Assembly: GCA_965226795.1 (NCBI GenBank)
Contig: CBDDDZ010000005.1
Coordinates: forward strand, 1,984,001-2,048,000
Source: Candidatus Latescibacterota bacterium
GTDB lineage: Bacteria; Latescibacterota; UBA2968; GCA-2709665
Direction: 5' to 3'
Length of the DNA: 64,000 nucleotides
Of this stretch, positions 20,425 to 29,910 are shown one piece after another. Below the pieces are notes generated by a model. It ran no database searches. It had not been told where the DNA came from and worked only from the letters and a program-made list of their open reading frames with translations. The position numbers and the translations under genes were made by a program. Position 1 is the first letter of the stretch. Each line of letters opens with the position of its first letter.

Positions 20425-22506
20425 TCACCCCGCGTGCCCCGTCCTCCCGTCCAGGTTCACGGATTCCACGCGCCGGCGCAACGCCTTATGGCTTTCGAGG
20501 TCCGGATCCTTTTCCAGCAGGCGGAACGCCTCCCCGCGGGCCGACCTGACCAGGTCCACGTCCCGTGCCAGGTCGGCGAAACGGAACTCGGGGTACCCCG
20601 CCTGCCGGGTGCCGAAGATCTGTCCGGGCCCGCGGATTTTCAGATCCATCTCCGCGATTTCGAACCCGTCGCCGGTGGCGACCATCGCGTCCAGCCTGGC
20701 GCGCGCGCGCGGCGTGAGCTCATCCTCCGGGTCGGCAATCAGGATACAGTACGAACCGACGGTCCCGCGACCCACCCGGCCCCTGAGCTGGTGGAGTTGC
20801 GCCAGCCCGAATCTTTCCGCGTGTTCAACCATCATCACCGTCGCGTTGGGAACGTCCACCCCGACTTCGATCACCGTTGTGGACACCAGGACATCCAGGG
20901 CGCCCTTCCGGAACGCGGCCATCACCGCCTCCTTCTCCGCGTGAGGAAGCCGGCCGTGCAGCAACCCCAGCCTGAACCCCGCCAGGACGCCGTCCCGCAA
21001 TTCCTCTAATGCCGCGGCGGCGGCCCTGATATCCCTCGCTCCGGATTCTTCGATAACGGGAAAAACGATATAGGCCTGCCCGCCCGCCGACACCTGTTCA
21101 CGCAGAAAGCGATAGGCTTTCTCCCGGTCCTCCGCGGTCCGCCATCCGGTCTTCACGGGTTGACGCCCGGGCGGCAGTTCGTCAAGCGTCGTCACGTCCA
21201 GGTCGCCATACAGTGTCAGGGCCAGGGACCGTGGAATGGGCGTGGCCGTCATCACCAGCAGGTGGGCGCCCGCCTCCTTCTCCAACAGTGCGGCGCGTTG
21301 CAACACGCCGAACCGATGCTGCTCGTCCACCACCGCGAGCCCCAGCCGGGCGAAAACCACGCCTTCCTGCAGGAGTGCATGCGTACCCGACACGAGGTGG
21401 ATGCGGCCCGAGGCCAGGCCTTCGAGGACCTCACGGCGTTCACGCTGTGCCTGCCGCCCGGTCAGGCACGCGACCGAAAGCCCCAGCGGCGCCGTGAGGG
21501 CGTGAATGGTTGCCGCATGCTGCTCCGCCAGAATCTCGGTGGGGGCCATCAGCGCCGCCTGCGCGCCGCCGTCCACTGCCGCCAGCATCGCCGCCGCGGC
21601 CACGAGGGTCTTGCCCGACCCCACGTCACCCTGCAGCAGCCGGCGCATCGGCCTGCCGCGCGCGAGGTCCCCGCCAATCTCCTGAAGCGCCCGGCGCTGG
21701 GCTCCGGTTGGGACGAACGGCAATGTCCCCATCAATCGCGAGGCCAGGGCTCCCGATGCGGGAAATACCGGCCCCGGCCGTTCGTTTCGGCCCGACTGAA
21801 GTACCCTCAGCCGCAGCTGAAAATAGAGCAGTTCATCGAACGCCAACCTGCGGCGCGCCGCCTCCACGTCCCTTCCGCGGTCCGGAAAATGCAGCTTTCT
21901 TACCGCCTCGCCGAGCGAGAGCGCCCCGTATCGGGCCCTCATCCCGGCCGGCAAGGGATCCACCAGGTCCACGTCTTCCAGCGCCTGGTAGATGACGCGG
22001 CGCAGACCGCGGCTGGTGAGGCGCTCGGCCTTCATACGCGACGTTGTCGAATAGACAGGTATTACGCGCCCCGTATGGAGGCGCGTTCCATCCTCACGCT
22101 CCGAAATCACCTCGACGTCCGGGTGAACCATCTGTCGTTTGCCGCCGAACCGGGTCACCTTGCCTCCGACGGCCAGGAGGTCGCCGGGCGCGAACGCCTG
22201 TCGGAGATACCGGTGTCCTGAAAACCAGACGCATTCCAGCGTGCCCGATTCGTCTTCCAGCACCAGAGTGAACCGGGGCCGCCTGCCGGGAACCACGTTC
22301 CCCCTGCGAACCGTGGCGACGGCCGTGACTTCCGCGCCCACCGGAAGATCCGCGACGGGCGACTGCCGCGTGCGATCCACGTACCGGTACGGCAGGAAAA
22401 GGAGAAGATCCGCATGGGTTGAAATGCCGACCTCCCGAAGCAGACCCTCCCTTTTTGCGCCGACACCGCGCACGGTGCTTACTGGAACGTCCAGTTCCGG
22501 AAACAT
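20425..22506 (-). CDS. recG: ATP-dependent DNA helicase RecG
   Basis: QGDVGSGKT, DEQHRFG, SATPIPR-like TATPIPRSL, EVGVDVPNA, LHQLRGRVGRG; start MFPELD. Confidence 0.98.
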   Translation of the reverse strand: MFPELDVPVSTVRGVGAKREGLLREVGISTHADLLLFLPYRYVDRTRQSPVADLPVGAEVTAVATVRRGNVVPGRRPRFTLVLEDESGTLECVWFSGHRYLRQAFAPGDLLAVGGKVTRFGGKRQMVHPDVEVISEREDGTRLHTGRVIPVYSTTSRMKAERLTSRGLRRVIYQALEDVDLVDPLPAGMRARYGALSLGEAVRKLHFPDRGRDVEAARRRLAFDELLYFQLRLRVLQSGRNERPGPVFPASGALASRLMGTLPFVPTGAQRRALQEIGGDLARGRPMRRLLQGDVGSGKTLVAAAAMLAAVDGGAQAALMAPTEILAEQHAATIHALTAPLGLSVACLTGRQAQRERREVLEGLASGRIHLVSGTHALLQEGVVFARLGLAVVDEQHRFGVLQRAALLEKEAGAHLLVMTATPIPRSLALTLYGDLDVTTLDELPPGRQPVKTGWRTAEDREKAYRFLREQVSAGGQAYIVFPVIEESGARDIRAAAAALEELRDGVLAGFRLGLLHGRLPHAEKEAVMAAFRKGALDVLVSTTVIEVGVDVPNATVMMVEHAERFGLAQLHQLRGRVGRGTVGSYCILIADPEDELTPRARARLDAMVATGDGFEIAEMDLKIRGPGQIFGTRQAGYPEFRFADLARDVDLVRSARGEAFRLLEKDPDLESHKALRRRVESVNLDGRTGHAG

Positions 22507-22938
22507 CGACCGGCCTTTCGTGACTTCGGAGGATCGAAACGACCCACTGTCGCGTCCCTGCGACCTGCGTTGCGTAATGCAGGCGGCTGCGTTCACGGTG
22601 ACGGGCACGGGGTGGTTCCACGCTCGCGTCCAACCGACGCAACGCGGGATACAGCAGATCGTGCGAATATAGATAATCCGCAAAAACCCGTCAAGAACCG
22701 CCGCCCTGTTCCCACGGATGGAGAACGGATAACGCGCGGCGGCCTTTTCCTTGTTCCCGTCCCGCCCGCGCCCTATCTTTCAAGGGGTTCACGCGCTCGT
22801 CGAGACAAACGTCGTCCACGGCGCCAACCGGCTGGTCTCCAGGGGTTCTTTCCACGGGCGGAATGGGGGTAAGCGACGACGGCAGGCGTGCGACGCCGCA
22901 TTCAACGGCGGCGATTCAACGGGGCAATCGCGTGGGGG

Positions 22939-23631
22939 ATGACCATGGGGCACGAATCCATTCACGAAGCCGCGGGCAGAGGCGACCTCGACACATTGAA
23001 AAAAATGGTCGAGGAACGGCCCTGGGCGGTCGACCAGGACGACCGGCACGGGTGGCGCCCCATCTTCCATGCCTGTTTGCGCCGCCGCCTCGATATTGTC
23101 CGGTATCTGATCGATCGCGGCGCCGATCTGGCGGCACACGACGGCTACGCGATGCACTACGCGGCCGAAGTGCCCGACAATAAAGACGTCGTGTCGTTGC
23201 TGGTCGGGTACGGCAGTCTGGACGCGCATACGAAACCGGCGAGCGAAGTCGCACGCCAGTTCATCTACGCGGTTTTCCTGGCCAACGTCCCCCGGGTCGA
23301 CGCCATGCTCCGCGCCAATCCGGCGCTGGCGCGGGAGCGCTACGCGCGTGGGGACGCCGCCCTGCATCACGCCGCGCGGAACGGCGACCTGTACATCGTC
23401 ATGCGCCTGGTCGGCCACGGCGCCGACGTCAACGCTACCTCCGACAACGGCCACTTTCCCCTGTACTGCGCCGCCGGACACGGACACGCGGAGACAACGC
23501 GGTATCTCCTGGAAAGCGGCGCGGATCCGGAAGCGACGTTGGCCGACGGCAAGACGGTCGCGGCGTGGCTTAAGCAATACACAGATCACGACCGGCGCCT
23601 GAGATCCTGTCTGGAAATCCTGGAGAGCTGA
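22939..23631 (+). CDS. Ankyrin repeat protein
   Basis: IHEAAGRGD, GDAALHHAARNG...GADVNA, PLYCAAGHGH. Confidence 0.92.
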   Translation: MTMGHESIHEAAGRGDLDTLKKMVEERPWAVDQDDRHGWRPIFHACLRRRLDIVRYLIDRGADLAAHDGYAMHYAAEVPDNKDVVSLLVGYGSLDAHTKPASEVARQFIYAVFLANVPRVDAMLRANPALARERYARGDAALHHAARNGDLYIVMRLVGHGADVNATSDNGHFPLYCAAGHGHAETTRYLLESGADPEATLADGKTVAAWLKQYTDHDRRLRSCLEILES

Positions 23632-23746
23632 ATATTGCGCGGCGTCGAGAGAACGGCAGTCCTCGCACCCGGACGCCAGGTGAAATTACCTGCCCTGATG
23701 GATGAGGGATAAATTCACTTGACAACGCTTGCACCATTACTTTTAT

Positions 23747-24833
23747 TAGGGAATCGTGGAAGTCCATTTGGACCGCGCTATTCAACCTTACTCTCCCCCG
23801 CACGTGTAACAGTCGCTACCCGGAGAAGTTATCCGCTGTGGCATGGTGGCCTGCGCTTCAGTGAAATTCGTGTAAGGCAAGCCGTCCTGCCGTACGCCAA
23901 TCCAGTCCAAACGCGTGGGTCGAACGAAATCAGTTCCACGCGCGAATAACGCAACCCGCGAATCGGGCGTCCACGCGATTCAATACAAGCGCGACGCGGT
24001 TTGCGAATCAGCGTACTGAAGTCTCCCGGGCTGATCGGACTGACAGGTACCATCGGTTCGCGATAGCTGAAATCTGAAGTCGGTTTTTGTGGGATGTTCG
24101 TGACGGGGGGCACACGCTGACGCCCACGCCGCCCCGTCGGTAACCGTTGCGGCCACAATCTTCCACGGGCCGCGGCAAGTAACTTATTTTTAGGGAGGTA
24201 GACATGGCAGGTAGAGTTATCGTAGGTCTCATCGCCCTCGGTGCGATCATTGGGGGCCTGGCGGGCGGCGCGATTCTGGGAGAAGGCATCCTTGCGCTCG
24301 TGCTGGTCATCTTGGGTCTCGCCTATGCAGGCGTTGCGATTGACGCTGAGGACGCAACGGGCTACCTCGTGCTTGCACTTGCCGTCGGCGGTGCGGGAAT
24401 GGCGAACGTGCTGGGCAACATCCCGGGAATCGGCGAGAAATTGGACATGATCGTCGATCTGGCCGGCATCTCACTGTATGCCGGTGTGGTCACCGTGCTA
24501 GTGCAGAGGACTGTGAATCGCATCAAGGGTTGAGCACCTCCGAAGAATGAGCACCCTTTAACGGCAGGCCTACTCTCGAAATAAGGCAACCGGCGTCGCG
24601 TTGCGTTTGACTTTCTTCGCGTCTCGTTATTCGACGTCCCCCATCGAAAAACGGATGCTTCGGCGGTAGCGCCGGAAAGGTAGCCTTTCGAACGAGAGAA
24701 CGGGGATCCTCGTCAAACCGTGTCCGCCCCGCAAAGACGGACGGATATTGATAATACCATAAATAGAGGAAGATCCCAGTCTGCCGAAAAGCGGTAGTTA
24801 AAGAGGTATTCAGACAGGCCGCCTGATTCCCTA
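23747..24833 (+). ncRNA. Candidate large structured RNA with paired ends enclosing a small ORF
   Basis: TAGGGAATCG/TGATTCCCTA end pairing, CCTGCCGT/ACGGCAGG long-range helix and more than 10 nested local helices (see findings). Confidence 0.55.
24204..24533 (+). CDS. Small Gly/Ala-rich hydrophobic protein (109 aa), unknown function
   Basis: Strong AGGGAGGT RBS; about 4 hydrophobic helices and a basic C-terminus. Confidence 0.85.
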   Translation: MAGRVIVGLIALGAIIGGLAGGAILGEGILALVLVILGLAYAGVAIDAEDATGYLVLALAVGGAGMANVLGNIPGIGEKLDMIVDLAGISLYAGVVTVLVQRTVNRIKG

Positions 24834-24857
24834 CCCCCAGTTGTCGGTGACCTGTTC

Positions 24858-24907
24858 GCGGATACGACAAGACCCCCGGGTGCACCCGGGGGTCTTGTCG
24901 TATCCGC
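24858..24907. repeat. Perfect 50-bp palindrome (terminator or cruciform candidate)
   Basis: GCGGATACGACAAGACCCCCGGGTG|CACCCGGGGGTCTTGTCGTATCCGC. Confidence 0.9.
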
Positions 24908-25024
24908 CACGTCCGGAGTCCACGGGCGAGCGCTAACCTGCAACTCGCGCGTCGATGGGCCGGTGTTCCCCGTAAACGGCCGCGACACTTCGATAAATTT
25001 CGCCCGCATGCGGAGACACGTACG

Positions 25025-27415
25025 ATGTCGCCCCATTGCCCTCTGCGAAATTCCATACTGGTACTTGCCCTGATTTTCGTCGGATGCCAGCCGGACGAGA
25101 AGGTGACGGTTTCCGGCGCGGTGACGAAACCGGGCGCGTACCGGTACGCGCCCGGCAGACCGGTGGCGGACTATCTGGAAGATGCCGGCGGCGCAACCGA
25201 GGAGGCGCTGTTGGACGAGGCCTACGTGTCGCGCGTGCGCGCGGACACGTCCGGGGTGGCGGAAATCGGAGACGTGACGATTCCGTTGTCGGAGAATCCT
25301 GAGATATCGCCCGGGGATGAGATTCGGATTCCCGGGCGCATTTATGACGTGCGATTGGACACGGTTCGGCTCGTGGACGACGTACGGTTGGTCGACGGGA
25401 ATCGAATCTATCGGATTCCCTCGGGCGCCCTGGTGACCGGGTGGACGGAACGCGGCGTCCAGGTGGCGCTGATGCTGGGACGCGGAAAGGTATTCGAAAC
25501 GCCCGATACGTCCAAGGCGGTGTCGGCCTTTCACTATCTGTACATCCATCTGCATCCCGGAGAATATCCGCGCCTGGCGCGATTTACCGGGGAAGTGGTG
25601 GACAGTCTGGAGGCGCTCGAAGACGCCCACACCATCCACAGGCGGGTGGTAAACTCCCTGGAACATCTGCGTGACGGGGGTCTGCAGCTTCCGACCCACG
25701 GGTATTGGCGCGTGATAGAGGGTTATTTCCTGGCCCCGAGGAGGACATCGCGTCCCGGGAGTGGCATGCGCCGGCGCCGGTTCAAGGACGGACGCGTGTT
25801 GACGACCTTTCCGGACGGGCGGCAACGATGGCAGCATCCCGACGGGCGGGTCAGCGAGGCGTCACCGAGCGGCGCCACCGAAGACCGGTTTCCCGATGGA
25901 CGAATCGTGTTCACCGACCGGTGGAAAAACGTGCGCACCACGTATCCCGACGGGCGGGTCAACGTGGCGTTTCCGAGCGGCGCCACCGAAGACCGGTTTC
26001 CCGACGGACGGATTGTGTACACCGACCGGTGGAAGAACGTGCGTACCACGTATCCCGACGGCCGCCGGGAATGGAGAATGGCGTCGGGAAGGCGGGTGGA
26101 ACGGGCGACCGACGGTCGGATAGTCGGGCACAATGTGGACGGCGATTTAATTGAAAAGATGCCGGACGGCGGAACCCGCCGCGTTGCTCTGGACAGTTCG
26201 ACGTGGATTAAAGACGCCAACGGCGTGATCACATTGATCGGCGGGAAATCCCTGAAAAAGATATATCCAGACGGACGACATGTACTAATTACGGAAAAAG
26301 GCGACGAGATCACCACGTTTCCGGACGGACGGCGCGTCTCTCGTCTGGCCGATGGCTCCGTCGTTCATTCCGATCCCGCAGACAGTGTGGCCGCAAGGCC
26401 CGCTTCGCGACAGGTGCAAGGCATCCCGGTGGAGAAATATCCCCGGGGGACGCCGCGCGAGGGTGTCACGTCGATTCGGAGCGGCGACGGCCGGTTGGCA
26501 ACCCGCGGAGAGGGAAGTTTGCGTACCGTCCGCCCCGACGAATATTTGACCTCAAAAGGAGGGACCCGGGAGACGTTTCCCGATAGGCGGTTGGTGGAGA
26601 CCGGTCCCTTTGGCCAGAGAATCACCTCCTGGCCGGACGGAAGAATGGAAATCCGGATGCCCGTCGCTTACGGGTATCCGGGGCGGTTGAGAACGGACCT
26701 GGCAACGGTCGATCGGCTTCCGGAGGCGGTCGCCATCGGCGAGGAACTGACCGTGTCGGGACAGATCCATGGCGAGGTGGAAGATATAAACGTGATGGCA
26801 TTTCTCGTACCCGACGGAGACGCGATCAAAGGCGACGTGCGCAGGCGGGGACGGCGGTTTCGCGCGCGGTTCCGGTTCGGCGAGGCGGGGCATTGCCGCG
26901 TACAGGTCCAAATTGTATTGCCCAAAGCGCGTTCGTTTACTGCTTCCCACCAGTCCGTGATTGTCGGCAATCCCGATGATCTGGAAGACAAAGTCCTGGA
27001 AATTGCTCCATATCCGGGGGACGAGGCCGCCCAGCTTGTTCTGATCGATCGGATCAACGCGGCCCGGAAGCGGATTCGACGGGGTTCGGTATTTCCACAT
27101 CCCGAGTTGATGCACGTGGCGCGCATCCGGCTCGAAGAGATGCTTGCGATGGGTGATATATCCCATTTTTCCATGACAGGACTGGACGTGGGATGGCATG
27201 CGACCTACCGGCGGTTGCCCTTCCACCGCGTAGGTGAAAATGTGGCGAGAACGCATTTTGTCGAAACGATGCACGCCGGCTGGATGCTGAGCGCGGGGCA
27301 CCGCGCGAATATCCTGGCGAAGCACTGGACGCATGTGGGGGTGGCGGTTGCCGAAGCGGAGGGATCGGTCTGGGGCGTTCAGGTGTTCGGGCAGCGTTTC
27401 GACCAGGGCCCTTAG
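25025..27415 (+). CDS. Lipoprotein with SLBB domain, PDG beta-repeats and C-terminal CAP/SCP domain
   Basis: Lipobox FVGC; VTVSGAVTKPGAY...LEDAGG (SLBB); many xPDGR repeats; GENVA...WMLSAGHRANIL...HVGVAV (CAP). Confidence 0.8.
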   Translation: MSPHCPLRNSILVLALIFVGCQPDEKVTVSGAVTKPGAYRYAPGRPVADYLEDAGGATEEALLDEAYVSRVRADTSGVAEIGDVTIPLSENPEISPGDEIRIPGRIYDVRLDTVRLVDDVRLVDGNRIYRIPSGALVTGWTERGVQVALMLGRGKVFETPDTSKAVSAFHYLYIHLHPGEYPRLARFTGEVVDSLEALEDAHTIHRRVVNSLEHLRDGGLQLPTHGYWRVIEGYFLAPRRTSRPGSGMRRRRFKDGRVLTTFPDGRQRWQHPDGRVSEASPSGATEDRFPDGRIVFTDRWKNVRTTYPDGRVNVAFPSGATEDRFPDGRIVYTDRWKNVRTTYPDGRREWRMASGRRVERATDGRIVGHNVDGDLIEKMPDGGTRRVALDSSTWIKDANGVITLIGGKSLKKIYPDGRHVLITEKGDEITTFPDGRRVSRLADGSVVHSDPADSVAARPASRQVQGIPVEKYPRGTPREGVTSIRSGDGRLATRGEGSLRTVRPDEYLTSKGGTRETFPDRRLVETGPFGQRITSWPDGRMEIRMPVAYGYPGRLRTDLATVDRLPEAVAIGEELTVSGQIHGEVEDINVMAFLVPDGDAIKGDVRRRGRRFRARFRFGEAGHCRVQVQIVLPKARSFTASHQSVIVGNPDDLEDKVLEIAPYPGDEAAQLVLIDRINAARKRIRRGSVFPHPELMHVARIRLEEMLAMGDISHFSMTGLDVGWHATYRRLPFHRVGENVARTHFVETMHAGWMLSAGHRANILAKHWTHVGVAVAEAEGSVWGVQVFGQRFDQGP
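25838..26062 (+). repeat. Intragenic 108-bp tandem duplication (36 aa)
   Basis: PDGRVxxAxPSGATEDRFPDGRIVxTDRWKNVRTTY occurs twice. Confidence 0.9.
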
Positions 27416-27576
27416 AAGCTGTTTTAAAATTCCCAGCGGTCTTCGCGCGGCTGCAAAAGCGCCGGTCGGCGTTGGTCAAACCCACCCGTATCTTTAGATA
27501 TGGGCGGATTTTCCCGCCTTGACCGCCACTTTTTCGCTCGCGCTCGGGAACTCACCGATAATTTTAAAACAGCTTC
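27415..27576. mobile_element. 162-bp MITE, IS5-family-like
   Basis: Perfect 17-bp TIR GAAGCTGTTTTAAAATT / AATTTTAAAACAGCTTC, TTA direct repeats at 27412-14 and 27577-79, internal hairpin. Confidence 0.85.
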
Positions 27577-27645
27577 TTAACGGTAAACGCCGTCACCCTT
27601 CCCCGTGCCCGGAACACAGTGGAAAATAAAGTTGGAAGAAAACAC

Positions 27646-27672
27646 TTGACAAAACAGACATTTGTCTGTTTT
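27646..27672 (+). promoter_or_regulatory. imuA promoter -35 with overlapping operator (candidate LexA box)
   Basis: TTGACA at 27646-51 and perfect AAAACAGACA-TT-TGTCTGTTTT palindrome at 27651-72. Confidence 0.7.
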
Positions 27673-27738
27673 TTTTGTTTATGAACGTTCCTTCAGGAGA
27701 ATGCAGAACCGTTTTCACTCCCGGGAAAGGTCATCGAA

Positions 27739-28404
27739 GTGCAGGGTGTATCGGGCAACATCAGACGAGAACGCTTTTCAGCCTTACAGGACAGCGGGTT
27801 ACAGCGCCTCCGGGCCGATCTGGACAGGATCAGGACCCGAACGAAAACGCCACGCTGGTCGCTGGCGCAGTTGGCCGGGCGCCTTTGCGAACTCTCCTCC
27901 AATTCAGGAGCCGGTCTGCTCACAGCTGCCTTCCGGCTGGTGCTGGATGCGCAACTCGGGCATGAGCCGGTGGCCTGGATCACGGCCACGCCGGATACCT
28001 TCTTCGCGCCCGATGCAGCCGAAAGCGGCGTGGACCTGAGTGCCCTCGTCGTCATCCACGTGCCCGATGCCCAGTCCGCGGCGCGTTCGGCGGACCGGCT
28101 CCTGAGGTCGGGCGCCTTTGGCCTGATGGTGATGGATCTGCACTCCGATCCCACAATTCCGTTTCCGCTGCAGGCGCGGCTGGCCCACCTGGCGCGGGCC
28201 CACGACACCGCCCTGCTCTGCCTGACCTCAAAAGCCAGGGAGACACCTTCGCTGGGACCAATGGTCTGTCTGCGAGGGCAATCCTCCTGCCGGCGCCTGG
28301 GGGTCGACCGCTTCCAATACGACATCGAGATTTTGAAGGACAGACGTCATGGACCGGGTTGGCGCCACACCGAAATCTGCCGCGGGCCGGACGGCCTGCA
28401 TTAA
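27739..28404 (+). CDS. imuA: RecA-like ImuA protein
   Basis: GRLCELS, FFAPDAAESGVDL, LLRSGAFGLMVMDL; no intact Walker A; first gene of the cassette. Confidence 0.85.
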   Translation: MQGVSGNIRRERFSALQDSGLQRLRADLDRIRTRTKTPRWSLAQLAGRLCELSSNSGAGLLTAAFRLVLDAQLGHEPVAWITATPDTFFAPDAAESGVDLSALVVIHVPDAQSAARSADRLLRSGAFGLMVMDLHSDPTIPFPLQARLAHLARAHDTALLCLTSKARETPSLGPMVCLRGQSSCRRLGVDRFQYDIEILKDRRHGPGWRHTEICRGPDGLH

Positions 28405-29851
28405 TATCCGGGCGCTGCCGCTGCAACTCCTGCTGAGGAGGCGCCCGGAGTGGCAGCGGAGACCGGTCGCGGTGGTGGAAAAAGAGAATCCTCAGAGCCC
28501 CATCCTCTGGACGAACCCGGCGGCCGACCGGGCCGGCATCCGCACGGGAATGCGCTATGCCTCCGCCCTCTCGCTGGACCGGAACCTGTGCGCGGGAACG
28601 GTTTCCGAGAGGGAAATCCAGACCGCGGTGCGGCAGGTCCACCGGCTTCTGGACCGTTTCAGCCCCCGGATCGAGCCCTGCGACGACGAGCCCGGGATTT
28701 TCTGGGTCGATGCCAGCGGACTCGACAAGCTCCATACCTCTCTCGAAGACTGGGCCAGGCAGATCGACTCCCACCTCTCCCGGCTGGCGCTGAAAGCCAG
28801 TATCGTCGTCGGCTTCAGCCGTTTCGGCAGCTATGCCATCGCCAAGTCGGCGAGCCGGGTGACCGTGTTCCCTTCCCTTGAGGTCGAGGAGACGGAAAGC
28901 CGCATGGTGCGGCTGCTGCATCTGCAAATCGACCCGAAGCTGCGCGACCGGCTCGAAAAACTGGCGGTTCATACCGTGAGCGACTTCCTGGAGCTTCCCG
29001 CAGGCGGCATCGCGCACCACCTCGGCGAGCAGGCCCGGAGCCTCTACCGTTTTGCGTCGGGAACGCTGTCGCTGCCGATTCAATCCCGAAAGATCCCCGA
29101 GCCCCTCCGCGTCCGGATGGACCTGGACGAGCCCGAATCCAATGCCCAGAGACTCCTTTTCTGGATCCGGGAGCGGCTGGATCCCCTGTTGCGGGCGGTG
29201 GCGGCAAGGTGCCAGGCGGTGGCGGCCCTGCATCTGCAACTGCTGCTGGAAGACGGAGACCGTCATCGTCAGCGCATCCAGCCGGCAAGGCCGACCCTGG
29301 AGGCGCCGGTGCTGCTGGACCTCCTCCGATTGCACCTGGAGACGGTCTCTTTCCCCGCTCCTCCGGTGGAATTGGTCCTCGAGGTGGAGGGCGTGTACGT
29401 CTCCGCCGAAACACTGAACCTGCTGCAGCGGAATCCGCGCCGCAATATTGAGGCGGCCCTGGATGCCCTGGCCCGGGTTCGCGCCGAGTTCGGCCCCGAT
29501 TCCGTGCTGTCGGTCCGGCTCAAATCGGGGCACCTGCCGGAAGCCCGTTTCGAGTGGCAGCCCTTCAAGAAGCTTGCCGCAGCCAGTCCCCAACCGGTCC
29601 CCATGCGCCCCCTGGTGCGGCGCGTCCACGCCTGCCCCGAACTTCTGGAAGGGGCTTCCCTTTACCATGCGAAAAACCGGAAGCCGTCGCCGGGCGCGGG
29701 GCATCCGCCGGGACATGCGATCAGTGGAGAATGGTGGCGCCGGGAGATCCGGAGAGACTACCGGTTCATCAAGACCCATCGGGGAGAACACCTCTGGATC
29801 TATTACGACCAGCAAATGCATCGCTGGTACGCCCAGGGCCGCGTCGAGTGA
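28349..29851 (+). CDS. imuB: Y-family polymerase-like ImuB
   Basis: PVAVVE, AGIRTGM, FSPRIEP and C-terminal [12 protein letters not shown]...LWIYYD...WY.QG. Confidence 0.9.
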   Translation: MDRVGATPKSAAGRTACINIRALPLQLLLRRRPEWQRRPVAVVEKENPQSPILWTNPAADRAGIRTGMRYASALSLDRNLCAGTVSEREIQTAVRQVHRLLDRFSPRIEPCDDEPGIFWVDASGLDKLHTSLEDWARQIDSHLSRLALKASIVVGFSRFGSYAIAKSASRVTVFPSLEVEETESRMVRLLHLQIDPKLRDRLEKLAVHTVSDFLELPAGGIAHHLGEQARSLYRFASGTLSLPIQSRKIPEPLRVRMDLDEPESNAQRLLFWIRERLDPLLRAVAARCQAVAALHLQLLLEDGDRHRQRIQPARPTLEAPVLLDLLRLHLETVSFPAPPVELVLEVEGVYVSAETLNLLQRNPRRNIEAALDALARVRAEFGPDSVLSVRLKSGHLPEARFEWQPFKKLAAASPQPVPMRPLVRRVHACPELLEGASLYHAKNRKPSPGAGHPPGHAISGEWWRREIRRDYRFIKTHRGEHLWIYYDQQMHRWYAQGRVE

Positions 29852-29890
29852 CCGCACCCGCCAGGCCAGGGCCGGGCGCAGAGACGCACC

Positions 29891-29910
29891 GGGAATTTTA
29901 AAACAGCTTC
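29891..29910 (-). mobile_element. Solo end of the same MITE/IS family
   Basis: GGGAATTTTAAAACAGCTTC is the exact reverse complement of 27415-27434 and is followed by TAA. Confidence 0.75.

Noticed and set aside
23747..24833. tmRNA, RNase P RNA, or group I/II intron identity for the structured region
   Set aside because: There is no tRNA-like acceptor, T-arm or CCA, no GAGGAAAGUCC, no domain V, and no ordered P/Q/R/S elements. The ORF is not an RT or homing endonuclease. An Rfam search is still needed.
24760..24835. Fluoride or lysine riboswitch
   Set aside because: Only short motif resemblance (CTGAT..CCTAC, AGAGG); the required 5' elements are absent.
25838..26062. Diversity-generating retroelement TR/VR pair
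   Set aside because: It is an adjacent in-frame tandem repeat, differences are not adenine-specific, and no RT gene is present.
27415..29910. Recent composite transposon carrying imuA-imuB
   Set aside because: The outer flanks are TTA and TAA rather than a direct repeat, there is no transposase, and the MITE has its own complete TSD.
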